Below, piece after piece: positions 25,815 to 36,290 of a stretch of 64,000 nt of DNA. Under the pieces are notes generated by a model that searched no databases, was not told the origin of the DNA, and saw nothing but the letters and a program-made list of their open reading frames with translations. The stretch spans positions 7,536 to 71,535 of the forward strand of contig CANRHP010000005.1 in the NCBI GenBank assembly GCA_947630455.1, in the 5' to 3' direction. Position numbers and translations under genes: made by a program. Each line of letters opens with the position of its first letter. Within the stretch, counting starts at the first letter, position 1. This DNA comes from an uncultured Clostridia bacterium (GTDB lineage: Bacteria > Bacillota > Clostridia > Christensenellales > CAG-314).

Positions 25815-27023
25815 TCAAAGGCATTGAAGAACCTTTTCCAATGCCAAAATTCCGTGTTCCAGCGTAAGCCCGCCCTGCAAATACACCGTGTAAGGTTCTC
25901 TAATCGGACCGTCGCAGCTTAGTTCTATTGAGGCGCCCTCTACAAAACACCCGGCAGCCATAATGACTTTGTCCGAGTATCCGGCTTGCTGCCATGGTTC
26001 GGGCTTTACAAAGCCGTCTACGGGCGAAATAGACTGAATTGCTTGACAAAATTTTATCATTCTGTCGGGATCACCCAGCTTGATTGAGCAAACAATATCT
26101 CCCCAAGGGTCATCATACTGAGGGGTGACTTCAAATCCGCGTTTGGCGAGCACGTAAGAAAATAAAGTTGATGTTTTAAGCGCCTGGTTGACCGTGTGCG
26201 GGGCTAAAAACAGTCCTTGATAAAATAATCTGTAACCGGACATGTAGCTGCCCACTTCCATTCCGACGGACGGTGCAGTCAGATGACCCGCGACCAAATC
26301 CACCAGCTTCGAGCGTCCTACTATATATCCACCGGTTGGAGCAAGTCCTCCGCCTATATTTTTAATAAAAGAGCCGGCGCACAAGTCTACGCCTACCGCA
26401 GTAGGTTCTTTTTTTTCTACAAATTCGCCGTAGCAATTGTCACAAAAAATAATTGTTTCGGAAGAAATACTTTTGATAAATTTGCACAGCGCTTCGATTT
26501 GAGATATCTCCAACGCAGGGCGCCACGCATATCCTTTCGAACGTTGCACGTACACCATTTTTACTTTGTGTGTCTTAACGAATTTTTCGATTTCAACAAA
26601 ATCAAACTGTCCACTCTTTAAGTCGATCGCTTCAAAATGAACGCCAAAATCCCGCAGACTTCCTATCCCTTGCTTGTAAACAACATCCTTTAACGTATCA
26701 TACGGCTGCCCTGATACGGAAAGAACCTCGTCGCCCGGACGCAGTACGCCGAACAGAGCGTGAGAAATCGCGCCGGTGCCGGAAACTATCAACGGACTTA
26801 CGATCGCCTTTTCTGCGCAAAATATATCTGCTACTATTTCCCCCAGCGTGTCTCTGCCTACATCATCCGAGCCGTATCCGCTTGTTCCGTTGAAATGTCG
26901 AAGCGCCACATTATGTTTGCGAAAAGCGTCTACCACCTTTTCCTGATTGTACAAGGCAATTTCGTCAAGTTTTTCAAATATTTCTTTTGTATTTTGCAAT
27001 GCATCTTTTATTTCTTTATTCAT
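25815..27023 (-). CDS. YnbB-like PLP enzyme ('aluminium resistance protein' / methionine gamma-lyase family)
   Basis: 402 aa. The N-terminal pattern (ALYNQEKVVDAFRKHNV...HFNGTSGYGSDDVGRDTL) is typical of this family. Confidence 0.8.
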   Translation of the reverse strand: MNKEIKDALQNTKEIFEKLDEIALYNQEKVVDAFRKHNVALRHFNGTSGYGSDDVGRDTLGEIVADIFCAEKAIVSPLIVSGTGAISHALFGVLRPGDEVLSVSGQPYDTLKDVVYKQGIGSLRDFGVHFEAIDLKSGQFDFVEIEKFVKTHKVKMVYVQRSKGYAWRPALEISQIEALCKFIKSISSETIIFCDNCYGEFVEKKEPTAVGVDLCAGSFIKNIGGGLAPTGGYIVGRSKLVDLVAGHLTAPSVGMEVGSYMSGYRLFYQGLFLAPHTVNQALKTSTLFSYVLAKRGFEVTPQYDDPWGDIVCSIKLGDPDRMIKFCQAIQSISPVDGFVKPEPWQQAGYSDKVIMAAGCFVEGASIELSCDGPIREPYTVYLQGGLTLEHGILALEKVLQCL

Positions 27024-27110
27024 TTTTTCTCCAAACTACTATGCCTAACATATTATTCTCTATATTACCAAAATCTGATATACATAAATAATAATTGCTA
27101 CTAAAATCAA

Positions 27111-28016
27111 CTATTTTTTATGTTTTTTTAGATTTTCAACAATACAATCGGATACGTTTTCAACAGTTTGACCGTCTACATCTATATAGGCTGCGACATC
27201 CATGCGTTTATAGTAGGAAATTTGACGCTTAGCGTAGTGTCGGGTATGAAGCTTAATTTGTGAGATAGCCTCCGTCAAACTGCAATCGCCCGAAAGATAT
27301 CTTATTATTTCTTTGTATCCTATTGCTTCAAAGGCAGGAGTATCGCATACGCCGTAGGTAGATACAAGCGTTCGTACCTCATCGACAAGCCCGTCATTTA
27401 TCATTTTATCCACACGTGCGTCAATTTGTTTATATAGCTCTTGCCTATTTCTTTGTAAAACAAACAGTATTAAATTGTATCGAGGATTTTTTCTTGTATT
27501 TCCATTAGTTATACTGCCGCCGCCTTCGGCAATTTCTATGGCTCGTATAACACGTTTATAGTTGTTAATATCTACTTTTTCAAATGCATCGGAATCTAAT
27601 TTTTTTAGCATTCTTTGCAAGACGTCTATGCCATGCTGCTCATATATATCCAACAGTTCATTGCGTCTATCTGATGTTGCATTTCCAAATTCCGGCGGAT
27701 AAACGAGGCTTTCAAAGTAAAAACCCGTACCGCCCACCACTATCGGAATACCGTCAATTTTGTTGATTATATCCGCCGCTTGCTCTCTGTACAAAAAAGA
27801 AGAATACTCCTCATTAGGTAAAACAATATCCAGCATGTGATGCGTTACGCCCTGCATATCAGCAACGGAGATTTTTGCGGTGCCTATATCCATGCCTTTA
27901 TATATTTGCATGGAATCGGCAGAAACGATTTCTGTATGCAAACGTTTAGCGAGGTGTACTGCCACCGCAGACTTGCCTACCGATGTTGTACCCGTGATAC
28001 CTATAAGTGTTTGCAT
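27111..28016 (-). CDS. miaA: tRNA dimethylallyltransferase
   Basis: P-loop GTTSVGKS and SADSMQIYKGMDIGTAK. Confidence 0.95.
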   Translation of the reverse strand: MQTLIGITGTTSVGKSAVAVHLAKRLHTEIVSADSMQIYKGMDIGTAKISVADMQGVTHHMLDIVLPNEEYSSFLYREQAADIINKIDGIPIVVGGTGFYFESLVYPPEFGNATSDRRNELLDIYEQHGIDVLQRMLKKLDSDAFEKVDINNYKRVIRAIEIAEGGGSITNGNTRKNPRYNLILFVLQRNRQELYKQIDARVDKMINDGLVDEVRTLVSTYGVCDTPAFEAIGYKEIIRYLSGDCSLTEAISQIKLHTRHYAKRQISYYKRMDVAAYIDVDGQTVENVSDCIVENLKKHKK

Positions 28017-29927
28017 CTAAACAATCCTCTTGAACATCTTTTCAATTTGAGTTTTAGTAAACACCACGGTGATCGGTCTGCCATGCGGACATTGAAGTAT
28101 TTTATTGTCACACACCTGTTTGAGTATATACTTTATTTCATATTCATTTAGTGCGTACCCAGCCTTTACAGCGGCTTTGCAGGCTTTCTTGGCGAGTTTT
28201 TCAACGATCAAAGTTCTATTGTCCAATTGAAATTCTCCCACGGACGACAAAAGGTAACTCACAAACTCTTCCATTTGCAAATCGGACAAGAGCGTAGAAA
28301 CTGCCGTTATTCGATATGTGTTTTGTCCGAATTGGTGTAATTCAATACCCGCCGACAATATATTGTCACTATTTTCTTCGATAAACTGAGCCTCATCATC
28401 GCTTACGGAAAACACATACGGTATCAGAACAGGCTGCATATCGTGCGTTTTGCTTGCCATAAATTTGTCAAAAAGTATGCGCTCATGCGCCGCATGCTGA
28501 TCTACAAAAATCAATTTGTCGTCCAATTCGAGCAACAGATAAGTTTTAAATGCGGCACCAAGGATCTTTGCCCGACTGAAAAGCAATTCCTCATCATCAT
28601 CCTCAACAATAACAGGGGGCTGCGCTTCTGAAGGCTGCAGCACGACGGCGGATTGTCTCACTGTTGAAGGCTCGTCCAACCCGAGATTTATACGCGCCTT
28701 TTCTACGCTTAATTCGCGCTCGAGAAATGCGCCCAACTCCGCAATAGATTTTTTGTCCGCTTGCTCTGTGGATTTTTCCATTTCTCGCACCGCTGCCGTT
28801 TGATCACGGTTCATTACATCCAGCTCTCCGTTATAAGCCATTTTGTTGTATGCACTGAGAAACTCTTCCTGCGTATACTTTTTTACGGGCTGTTCCTGAG
28901 ACACTGTTACAACTGAAAAGTTTTCATCAACCCGTCTTTCCGAAAAACGACGCAAAGCCTCAGTAATACAGTAGTAAAATGCTCCGCACACATGTCTTGG
29001 ATCGGCAAAACGAACCTCGCTTTTCTTCGGATGAACGTTGACGTCAACAAGATCGCAATGAATAAATAGATCCAGCACGAATACGGGAAACTTTTTTGTC
29101 ATAAGATACGGTTTATACGCTTGCATAATAGAGGCTGTGATACCCGTATCAACAACAAATCTGTTGTTGACCGACAAGGTTTGGTAGTTTCTGTTTGCTT
29201 TGGTATACTCGGGACTTCCTATATAGCCGGCAATACGCAATCCCTCACGTACAAAATCTATTTTTATACAGTTCTCCAAAAACTCCGAGCCATATAAAAT
29301 GTAAATAGCTTCTTCCAAACCATTTCCTTTAGTCTCGTAAACGGTTTTGCCGTCCAATATATAGCTTATTTCCAATGTCGGATTTGTCAAAATGAGCTTG
29401 GAAACAAATTTATTTATTTCCGCACTTTCAGATGCAGGACTTTTTAAAAATTTTTTACGTGCGGGAGTATTGTAAAAAAGATCGCGTACTTCAATTTTGG
29501 TACCTATATTGGCGGAAACGTGCTGCTTATCAACAATTGTTCCATCTTCAACATTTACTTTTACCGCAACGTCGGAATTGTGCGGGCGTGTTGTCAAAGT
29601 GACACGCGATACCGCAGCAATACTTGAGAGCGCTTCTCCACGGAAGCCCAGCGTTTCAATTGCGTCAAGCTGCAACGCACTGGAAAGTTTGCTGGTAGCG
29701 TGTTTAACAAAAGCCAAATCAACATCATCTTCCTGTATTCCGTAGCCGTTGTCGGTTACGGAAATAAGATCGAATCCGCCGTTTACAACTTCAATCACAA
29801 TTCGCGTAGCGCCTGCGTCAACGCTGTTCTCAACCAATTCTTTTACGGCGCCGTAAGGTTTTTCAACAACTTCGCCCGCCGCTATTTTATTGTAAACATC
29901 CGGTGTAAGTAATTTTATTTTAGCCAT
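28017..29927 (-). CDS. mutL: DNA mismatch repair protein MutL
   Basis: N-terminal GHKL ATPase (IAAGEVVEKPYGAVKELVENSVDAG) and the C-terminal endonuclease/dimerisation domain. Confidence 0.96.
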   Translation of the reverse strand: MAKIKLLTPDVYNKIAAGEVVEKPYGAVKELVENSVDAGATRIVIEVVNGGFDLISVTDNGYGIQEDDVDLAFVKHATSKLSSALQLDAIETLGFRGEALSSIAAVSRVTLTTRPHNSDVAVKVNVEDGTIVDKQHVSANIGTKIEVRDLFYNTPARKKFLKSPASESAEINKFVSKLILTNPTLEISYILDGKTVYETKGNGLEEAIYILYGSEFLENCIKIDFVREGLRIAGYIGSPEYTKANRNYQTLSVNNRFVVDTGITASIMQAYKPYLMTKKFPVFVLDLFIHCDLVDVNVHPKKSEVRFADPRHVCGAFYYCITEALRRFSERRVDENFSVVTVSQEQPVKKYTQEEFLSAYNKMAYNGELDVMNRDQTAAVREMEKSTEQADKKSIAELGAFLERELSVEKARINLGLDEPSTVRQSAVVLQPSEAQPPVIVEDDDEELLFSRAKILGAAFKTYLLLELDDKLIFVDQHAAHERILFDKFMASKTHDMQPVLIPYVFSVSDDEAQFIEENSDNILSAGIELHQFGQNTYRITAVSTLLSDLQMEEFVSYLLSSVGEFQLDNRTLIVEKLAKKACKAAVKAGYALNEYEIKYILKQVCDNKILQCPHGRPITVVFTKTQIEKMFKRIV

Positions 29928-32520
29928 TTTCTTTTACCTTTTTAACAAGAGAATTGAGTATATCAAAAGCCTCTATCGGCGAAATGCGGTTCATGTCGAT
30001 ATCGCGAAGTATTGAGCTGACTTCCTGCGATGTTTTTGTCACCTGCCTTTCTGCGCTTAAGTGCTCCACTTCATCCAAATTGAGACTGACATTGCTGTTT
30101 TCCAGCAACGACACGATCTCCCGGGCGCGTATGCAGACATCCATAGGTACTCCCGCAAGAGACGCAACCTCGATACCAAAGCTTTTATTAGTTCCGCCGC
30201 GTGCAATTTTATGCAAAAATACGATAGAGCCGTTTAATTCCTTGACCGTAATGCGGTAGTTTTTAACGCCGTCTACGCGGCCCTCAAGGTCCGTCAACTC
30301 ATGATAATGTGTGGAAAACAGCGTTTTTGCGCAAATTTTTTGTGAAACATATTCCATAACAGCCCAAGCGATAGACAGTCCGTCAAAAGTAGATGTACCG
30401 CGCCCTATTTCGTCCAATATAATCAAGCTGTTTTTAGTTGCGTTGTTGAGAATGTTTGCAACTTCAACCATTTCTACCATAAACGTACTTTGGTTAAAGG
30501 CTATATCATCGCTTGCGCCCACACGCGTGAATATCTTGTCTACAATTGGTATCTCGGCGCTCTTTGCGGGGACGAAAGAACCGATATGTGCCATGAGCGT
30601 AATCAACGCAACCTGCCGCATGTAAGTACTTTTGCCCGCCATGTTCGGTCCGGTAATTATCATTGTGCGATTGTCTTGTGTATCAAGATTAACATCGTTT
30701 GCAATAAAATTGTCCCGTTTGATGTAACATTCCACGATAGGATGTCGACCGTCTACAACATGAAGCTGTGTTCCTGTCGCATTTATTTTAGGCTTGCAGT
30801 AATCATTTGTCTGAGCAACCGTTGCAAGCGAATTAAGACAATCCAGGGAAGCCACAGCCTTTGCGGTTTGCTGCATTACGGGTATGTATTGCAAGAGGTA
30901 ATTTCGTAATTCTTCAAACAACTTTTTTTGGAGCTTGACCTTGTTTTCCATTGCGGTCAACATTTTTTCTTCCAGTTCCTTAAGCTCCGGACTTACAAAA
31001 CGTTCGCCGTTTGTCAGCGTCTGTTTACGGATAAAGTTTTCCGGAACAAGAGACAACATTGAAGAAGTAATTTCAAAATAGTATCCAAACACCTTGTTGT
31101 AGCCCAGCTTGAGGTTTTTGATACCGGTACGATTACGTTCGTAAGCCTCCAAAGAGGAGATACGCGCGCTGCCGTTTTTGGCAAGGTCGTACAGCTCATC
31201 CAATTCGGGATTGTAACCCTCGCAGATATAATCCGTATTTTCTTTTATTAGGACAGGCACATCGGGTTTGATTGCGCGGTCAAGCAACGCTACCACCTCC
31301 GGCAATGGCGAAATTGCGTTGTCGATATCGCGCAAAATCTTACTTTGAGTGCGAGCTATCAGTTTTTTTACCTCGGGCAAAACAGCAAGAGATTCTTTTA
31401 GTGTTACGCAATCCTTGGGCGTCACATTGTTGTATGCGATTTTTCCGACAAGCCGCTCGATATCGTTTATTTCGTGCAATCGTTTACTGAGCTCAGAACG
31501 CAAAATATATCCCCTGAAAAGCTCTTCAACCCCGTCCAAACGTAAATTGATCTGCGATGCTTTTTGCAACGGTCTGTCTATCCAATCCGCAAGTAAGCGT
31601 GACCCCATATTAGTTTGTGTCTTGTCTAACAGCCACAAAAGACTGCCTTTGCGCTTGCCCTCACGATAACTGACGGTAAGCTCCAGATTTTTACGGGTTT
31701 TTACATCTATAGACATATACCTGGTTTTTTCCACATATCTGATAGGCATAAGATGCGGCAATTCGCGTTTTTGTGTTTCCGAAAGATATTGCAGCATAGC
31801 GCCGCATGCGCAAACAGCAGCGGACTTACCCTGCAAACCAAATCCGTCCAACGTGCTCACCTTGTAATGCTGCAATAATTTTTCTTTAGCGAAGCGTTTT
31901 TCAAAGTTGCTTTCGACATACTCTGAGAATTCCGGCACATAACCGGCACGCACACATTCCAGCATTGAGGACATCTTTTTGGCGTTGCTGTTTGCGATCA
32001 CCTCGGCAGGTTTAAAACTGACTAAAAACTCTTGCAAATCCTTAATCAACCCTGTACCGCAAAACTCCGACACAAGCACATCGCCCGTAGAAAGGTCGCA
32101 AAGCGCAACCCCCACCTTGTCGTCGGAGTAGACGGCAGCAATAAAATTGCTTTTACCGCCATCCAAAATGTCGCTTTCCATAACCGTGCCGGGCGTTATG
32201 ACTCGCACTACATCCCTTTCCACAAGTTGTTTACCGTTAGGTTCGGTAAGCTGCTCGCAAATAGCAACCTTTTCGCCGGCGGCAATGAGCTTGGCAATGT
32301 AGCTATCAACCGCATGATAGGGAACACCGCACATAGGCGCGCGTTCGGGAAGTCCGCAATTTTTACCGGTCAATGTCAAATCCAGGATTTTGCTTGCCCT
32401 TTCAGCGTCATCGAAAAACATTTCGTAAAAGTCGCCTAAACGATATAACAAAATACAATCCTTATACTGCTCCTTGGTTTGCAGATATGATTTCATCATA
32501 GGTGAAATGTTCTCGTTCAT
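29920..32520 (-). CDS. mutS: DNA mismatch repair protein MutS
   Basis: Start at MNENISPMMKSY behind GGAGGA (ATGA overlap with the miaB stop). GDFYEMF mismatch-binding motif and Walker A GPNMAGKST. Confidence 0.96.
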   Translation of the reverse strand: MNENISPMMKSYLQTKEQYKDCILLYRLGDFYEMFFDDAERASKILDLTLTGKNCGLPERAPMCGVPYHAVDSYIAKLIAAGEKVAICEQLTEPNGKQLVERDVVRVITPGTVMESDILDGGKSNFIAAVYSDDKVGVALCDLSTGDVLVSEFCGTGLIKDLQEFLVSFKPAEVIANSNAKKMSSMLECVRAGYVPEFSEYVESNFEKRFAKEKLLQHYKVSTLDGFGLQGKSAAVCACGAMLQYLSETQKRELPHLMPIRYVEKTRYMSIDVKTRKNLELTVSYREGKRKGSLLWLLDKTQTNMGSRLLADWIDRPLQKASQINLRLDGVEELFRGYILRSELSKRLHEINDIERLVGKIAYNNVTPKDCVTLKESLAVLPEVKKLIARTQSKILRDIDNAISPLPEVVALLDRAIKPDVPVLIKENTDYICEGYNPELDELYDLAKNGSARISSLEAYERNRTGIKNLKLGYNKVFGYYFEITSSMLSLVPENFIRKQTLTNGERFVSPELKELEEKMLTAMENKVKLQKKLFEELRNYLLQYIPVMQQTAKAVASLDCLNSLATVAQTNDYCKPKINATGTQLHVVDGRHPIVECYIKRDNFIANDVNLDTQDNRTMIITGPNMAGKSTYMRQVALITLMAHIGSFVPAKSAEIPIVDKIFTRVGASDDIAFNQSTFMVEMVEVANILNNATKNSLIILDEIGRGTSTFDGLSIAWAVMEYVSQKICAKTLFSTHYHELTDLEGRVDGVKNYRITVKELNGSIVFLHKIARGGTNKSFGIEVASLAGVPMDVCIRAREIVSLLENSNVSLNLDEVEHLSAERQVTKTSQEVSSILRDIDMNRISPIEAFDILNSLVKKVKENG

Positions 32521-33854
32521 TTTTCCTCCGTTATAGATCCCCAAAGAGTTGCCGAACTTGCACGCTCTATCTTTACTGTCACAAATTGCCCGATATTTGA
32601 TTCATCACATTTAAAGTTAACCAACCGCCCGCTTTCGGTTCGTCCGCACATCGTGTTTTCATAACGGAAGTTGGCACCCTCTACCAGCACTTCGTAGTTT
32701 TGCCCCACCATTTTTTGGCTGATTTCTTTGGTCACTTCATTTTGACAAGCCAACAAACGGGTAATTCTATCTTTTTTGATAGCATATGGAACTTGATCTT
32801 CCATAGAATAAGCAGGCGTACCCTTGCGACGTGAATAAACAAAACAAAATGCCGAGCTGTATTTTACATGCTTTACCAAATCCAATGTGTCGCAAAAATC
32901 CTTTTCCGTTTCTCCCGGAAAACCCACCATTATGTCTGTTGTGATACCGACATCGGGCAATTTTGCACGTATTTTATCAATCAACGCGAAATAGTCGTCA
33001 CGCGTATAACGACGATTCATTCTGCGCAGGATTTCCGTACTTCCGCTTTGAACCGGCAAATGTATATTGTTGCAGATATTTGGATGAGCCGCTATTGCAT
33101 CAATTACTTCCTGTGATAGATCCTTGGGATGACTTGTCATGAAACGCAAACGAAATTTGCCCGGTAAGCTGCCGATATTATGCAAAAGGGCTGCAAAGGT
33201 CACATTTCCCTCAAGGTCATGTCCATACGAATTGACGTTTTGTCCAAGCAATGTGATCTCTTTGTATCCATCGGCAAGAAGCTGTTTCACTTCCTCTAAT
33301 ACATCATCGAGAGGTCGGCTGCGTTCTCTGCCGCGCACATATGGTACAATGCAATAAGTACAAAAGTTGTTGCATCCGTAATTGATGTTTACCCAAGCAT
33401 TCGGATAACTTGTTCGGGATTGCGTGAAGTCCTCTTCGCGGTAACGAGAAAATTCGACATTGAATACTTTTTTCTTTTTTTGTGCAGACAGAATAGCGTC
33501 CCGCAATGCATCGAGGTTGCTTGTTCCCAACACAATATCCACAAATGGGTAGCTGGTGCGAATTTTTTCCGCGACTCCCTCCTGCTGCGACATACAACCG
33601 CAAACTACGGCAATTAAATCGGGCTTGGCACGTTTAAGCTTTTTGATTGCCCCGATATGACCGTAAATTTTTTGTTCGGCAGTCTCGCGAATACAGCAGG
33701 TGTTGAAAACAACCACATCCGCATCTTCTACTTGATCAGTGGAAAAATAGCCCATACTTTCCAATATACCCGCTATTTTTTCGGAATCGTGTATATTCAT
33801 TTGACATCCGTAGGTATGTATAAAATATTTCAATTTTTCCTCCGAAAGAGTCAT
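32517..33854 (-). CDS. miaB: tRNA-i6A37 methylthiotransferase
   Basis: TYGCQMNIHDSE, radical-SAM CNNFCTYC and a TRAM C-terminus. Confidence 0.92.
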   Translation of the reverse strand: MTLSEEKLKYFIHTYGCQMNIHDSEKIAGILESMGYFSTDQVEDADVVVFNTCCIRETAEQKIYGHIGAIKKLKRAKPDLIAVVCGCMSQQEGVAEKIRTSYPFVDIVLGTSNLDALRDAILSAQKKKKVFNVEFSRYREEDFTQSRTSYPNAWVNINYGCNNFCTYCIVPYVRGRERSRPLDDVLEEVKQLLADGYKEITLLGQNVNSYGHDLEGNVTFAALLHNIGSLPGKFRLRFMTSHPKDLSQEVIDAIAAHPNICNNIHLPVQSGSTEILRRMNRRYTRDDYFALIDKIRAKLPDVGITTDIMVGFPGETEKDFCDTLDLVKHVKYSSAFCFVYSRRKGTPAYSMEDQVPYAIKKDRITRLLACQNEVTKEISQKMVGQNYEVLVEGANFRYENTMCGRTESGRLVNFKCDESNIGQFVTVKIERASSATLWGSITEEK

Positions 33855-33952
33855 TACGACATACTTTCACATATACTTACATTTTACTATCAATTAAATA
33901 TTTTTTCAAGAAAAATAAATATAAAAATATAAATAACAAAAAATATCAGTGT

Positions 33953-36169
33953 ATGAAAAGAAAGCATTGGAAAATTTTCGGTATTGTCAGCGCAATTATT
34001 ATTGTATTCTCCGTACTTAGCGGAGTAATTTATCTTGACAGCTTTCGCCACGGAAGCGATTTTGTCAATTTCGATAAAAACAAGCTTAACGAAGTTTATA
34101 CTTCACTGACGGTGTTGGATAATAGCGGAAACGCATTAAACGAACCGCTCTATCTCAACAATTACAAACAAATTCCTTTATCCGCAATGCATGAGTACAC
34201 GTACATGGCGTTTGTAGCTGTAGAGGACAAACGTTTTTTTTCTCATAACGGCATTGATCTGACGCGTGTTGTCGGAGCAATACTGCACAACCTAAAAAGC
34301 TTTAGTTACAAGGAAGGCGCATCCACTATCAGTCAGCAGTTAATCAAAAATACTTATCTTGACAATTCCAAAACTATCAAACGCAAGTTAAATGAAATGA
34401 TGCTGGCGCAGGAACTGGAAAAAAATTACAGCAAACGAGAAATTCTGGAAATGTATGTCAACACTATTTATTTCGGCCGGAGCGCCTATGGCATAGAAAC
34501 GGCGGCAAATGTCTATTTTAATAAAAGCGCCGCCGATCTCACCGTGTCGGAAAGCGCCGTATTGGCAGGCATGGTAAAGGCGCCGAATACTTATGCTCCC
34601 GATAAAAATGCCGACAAATGCAAAGCACGCAGAGATACGGTTTTGAAGCTTATGTTCGAGCAAAAAATTATAGACCAGGGCGCCTATAACGCAGCATTGG
34701 CGGAAGCGATACAATACGTACCGCAGGGTCAGCGCAATGAAAGAAATTATGTGTATCATGTTATGCGGGAAGCGTGCGCGCTCCTGAATATGAGCCCGTT
34801 ACAACTATCAAGATCCAATTTCGTGATAGAAACATACTGCAACCAAAATACTCAAAAATCCTTGTGCGAGCTGTCATCAAAAGATAAAACAATGAACAAG
34901 GACGGTCGGCTTGCCGATATGTCCGCAATAGTCCTGAACGATGAGGGCGGCGTTGAGGCTTGTTTGACGCGGGGCGAAAGCGCGGGTACCAAACGACAGG
35001 TGGGCAGCGCGTTGAAGCCGATTGCTGTATACGCACCTGCGCTTAATGAAAAAATAATTACACAGGCATCTCCTGTTTTGGATGAGGAAACGGATTTTAA
35101 TGGATACAAGCCAACTAACGCAGGAGGATATAACGGTTGGACAACTGTAAAATATTCAGTCGCAAAAAGTCTGAATGTTCCCGCTGTTAAAACACTGAAT
35201 GCACTAACGCTGCCCACTTCCGAAAAATACTTATCCAAACTCGGCATCAAGGGTGAGCAAAATTTATCGCTTGCTCTGGGCAATGCAAGCGGGGGTGTGG
35301 ATATATTTACACTGGCAAAATGCTATTCCACTCTTGCTAACGATGGAATATGCCGTGATGTGAGTTTTATCAAAAAGATTTATAGCGACAGCGGTTTGAT
35401 ATATAGTCGCGAAGAAAAAAACGAACGAGTATTTCAGTCCGGTGCAAACTATCTTATGACGGATATGCTGATAAATACCGTTGAGACAGGCACGGCAAAG
35501 TCCCTCAAAAATTCCAACTATCAGGTAGCGGCAAAGACCGGCACCGTCGGAAGCACCGACGGCAATTCCGACGCATTGGTTGCCGGATACACCACAAAAA
35601 ACACCTTCGTCGTTTGGTATAGCGGAGAATTTACCAACGATATCAACGGGTCAACAGTACCTTGCCAATTTGCAAGCAAGCTGTTGGAAAAAATGTATTC
35701 CCAATCCGCACCCGCTGCTTTTGTGCCGCCTGCAACCGTTGTAAGATTAGATGTAGACAAACAAAGTCTTTATGAAAGTCAGTTGGTATTACGCTCGAAC
35801 AACGGCGAAAAATTTTGGTTTGACAAATCAAATCAACCCGCCGAAAAAGTAACAGAAATACACTATGACTATCGACTCGATGTTTCAGCGGATAAGAATA
35901 CAATAAAGATCAATTTGCCCGAAACGGATGGAACTTGGCAATTGTACCGCCGCACAGATGGATTACCTAAGCTTATACCCTATAAAAATAATACTTATGA
36001 AGGAACGATCGATAGCGATACTGAATTTTTTGCCGAGCTGTACATTAGAAACAAGCTTGTCTACACCACACCCAAAGTAAAAGTACACTGTACAGTTGAA
36101 TCAGAAGATCTCGACAGCCCACAACTTTCGGATTTTCCCGACCTGACAGATTTCTGGTATTGGGGATGA
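33953..36169 (+). CDS. class A penicillin-binding protein (glycosyltransferase plus transpeptidase)
   Basis: GT51 motifs (EDKRFFSHNGID, GASTISQQL). Transpeptidase SALKP (SxxK) and KTGT. N-terminal TM. Confidence 0.9.
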   Translation: MKRKHWKIFGIVSAIIIVFSVLSGVIYLDSFRHGSDFVNFDKNKLNEVYTSLTVLDNSGNALNEPLYLNNYKQIPLSAMHEYTYMAFVAVEDKRFFSHNGIDLTRVVGAILHNLKSFSYKEGASTISQQLIKNTYLDNSKTIKRKLNEMMLAQELEKNYSKREILEMYVNTIYFGRSAYGIETAANVYFNKSAADLTVSESAVLAGMVKAPNTYAPDKNADKCKARRDTVLKLMFEQKIIDQGAYNAALAEAIQYVPQGQRNERNYVYHVMREACALLNMSPLQLSRSNFVIETYCNQNTQKSLCELSSKDKTMNKDGRLADMSAIVLNDEGGVEACLTRGESAGTKRQVGSALKPIAVYAPALNEKIITQASPVLDEETDFNGYKPTNAGGYNGWTTVKYSVAKSLNVPAVKTLNALTLPTSEKYLSKLGIKGEQNLSLALGNASGGVDIFTLAKCYSTLANDGICRDVSFIKKIYSDSGLIYSREEKNERVFQSGANYLMTDMLINTVETGTAKSLKNSNYQVAAKTGTVGSTDGNSDALVAGYTTKNTFVVWYSGEFTNDINGSTVPCQFASKLLEKMYSQSAPAAFVPPATVVRLDVDKQSLYESQLVLRSNNGEKFWFDKSNQPAEKVTEIHYDYRLDVSADKNTIKINLPETDGTWQLYRRTDGLPKLIPYKNNTYEGTIDSDTEFFAELYIRNKLVYTTPKVKVHCTVESEDLDSPQLSDFPDLTDFWYWG

Positions 36170-36290
36170 AATAATCTCAATTATCTCATTATGCAAAAAT
36201 ATGCCCGCAAGATTCGAACAGAAATTAGGTTGTTGAAAATCCTTGTTTACTTGAGAATGATGCTCCTTACCACTAAATACAAAAGATAAT

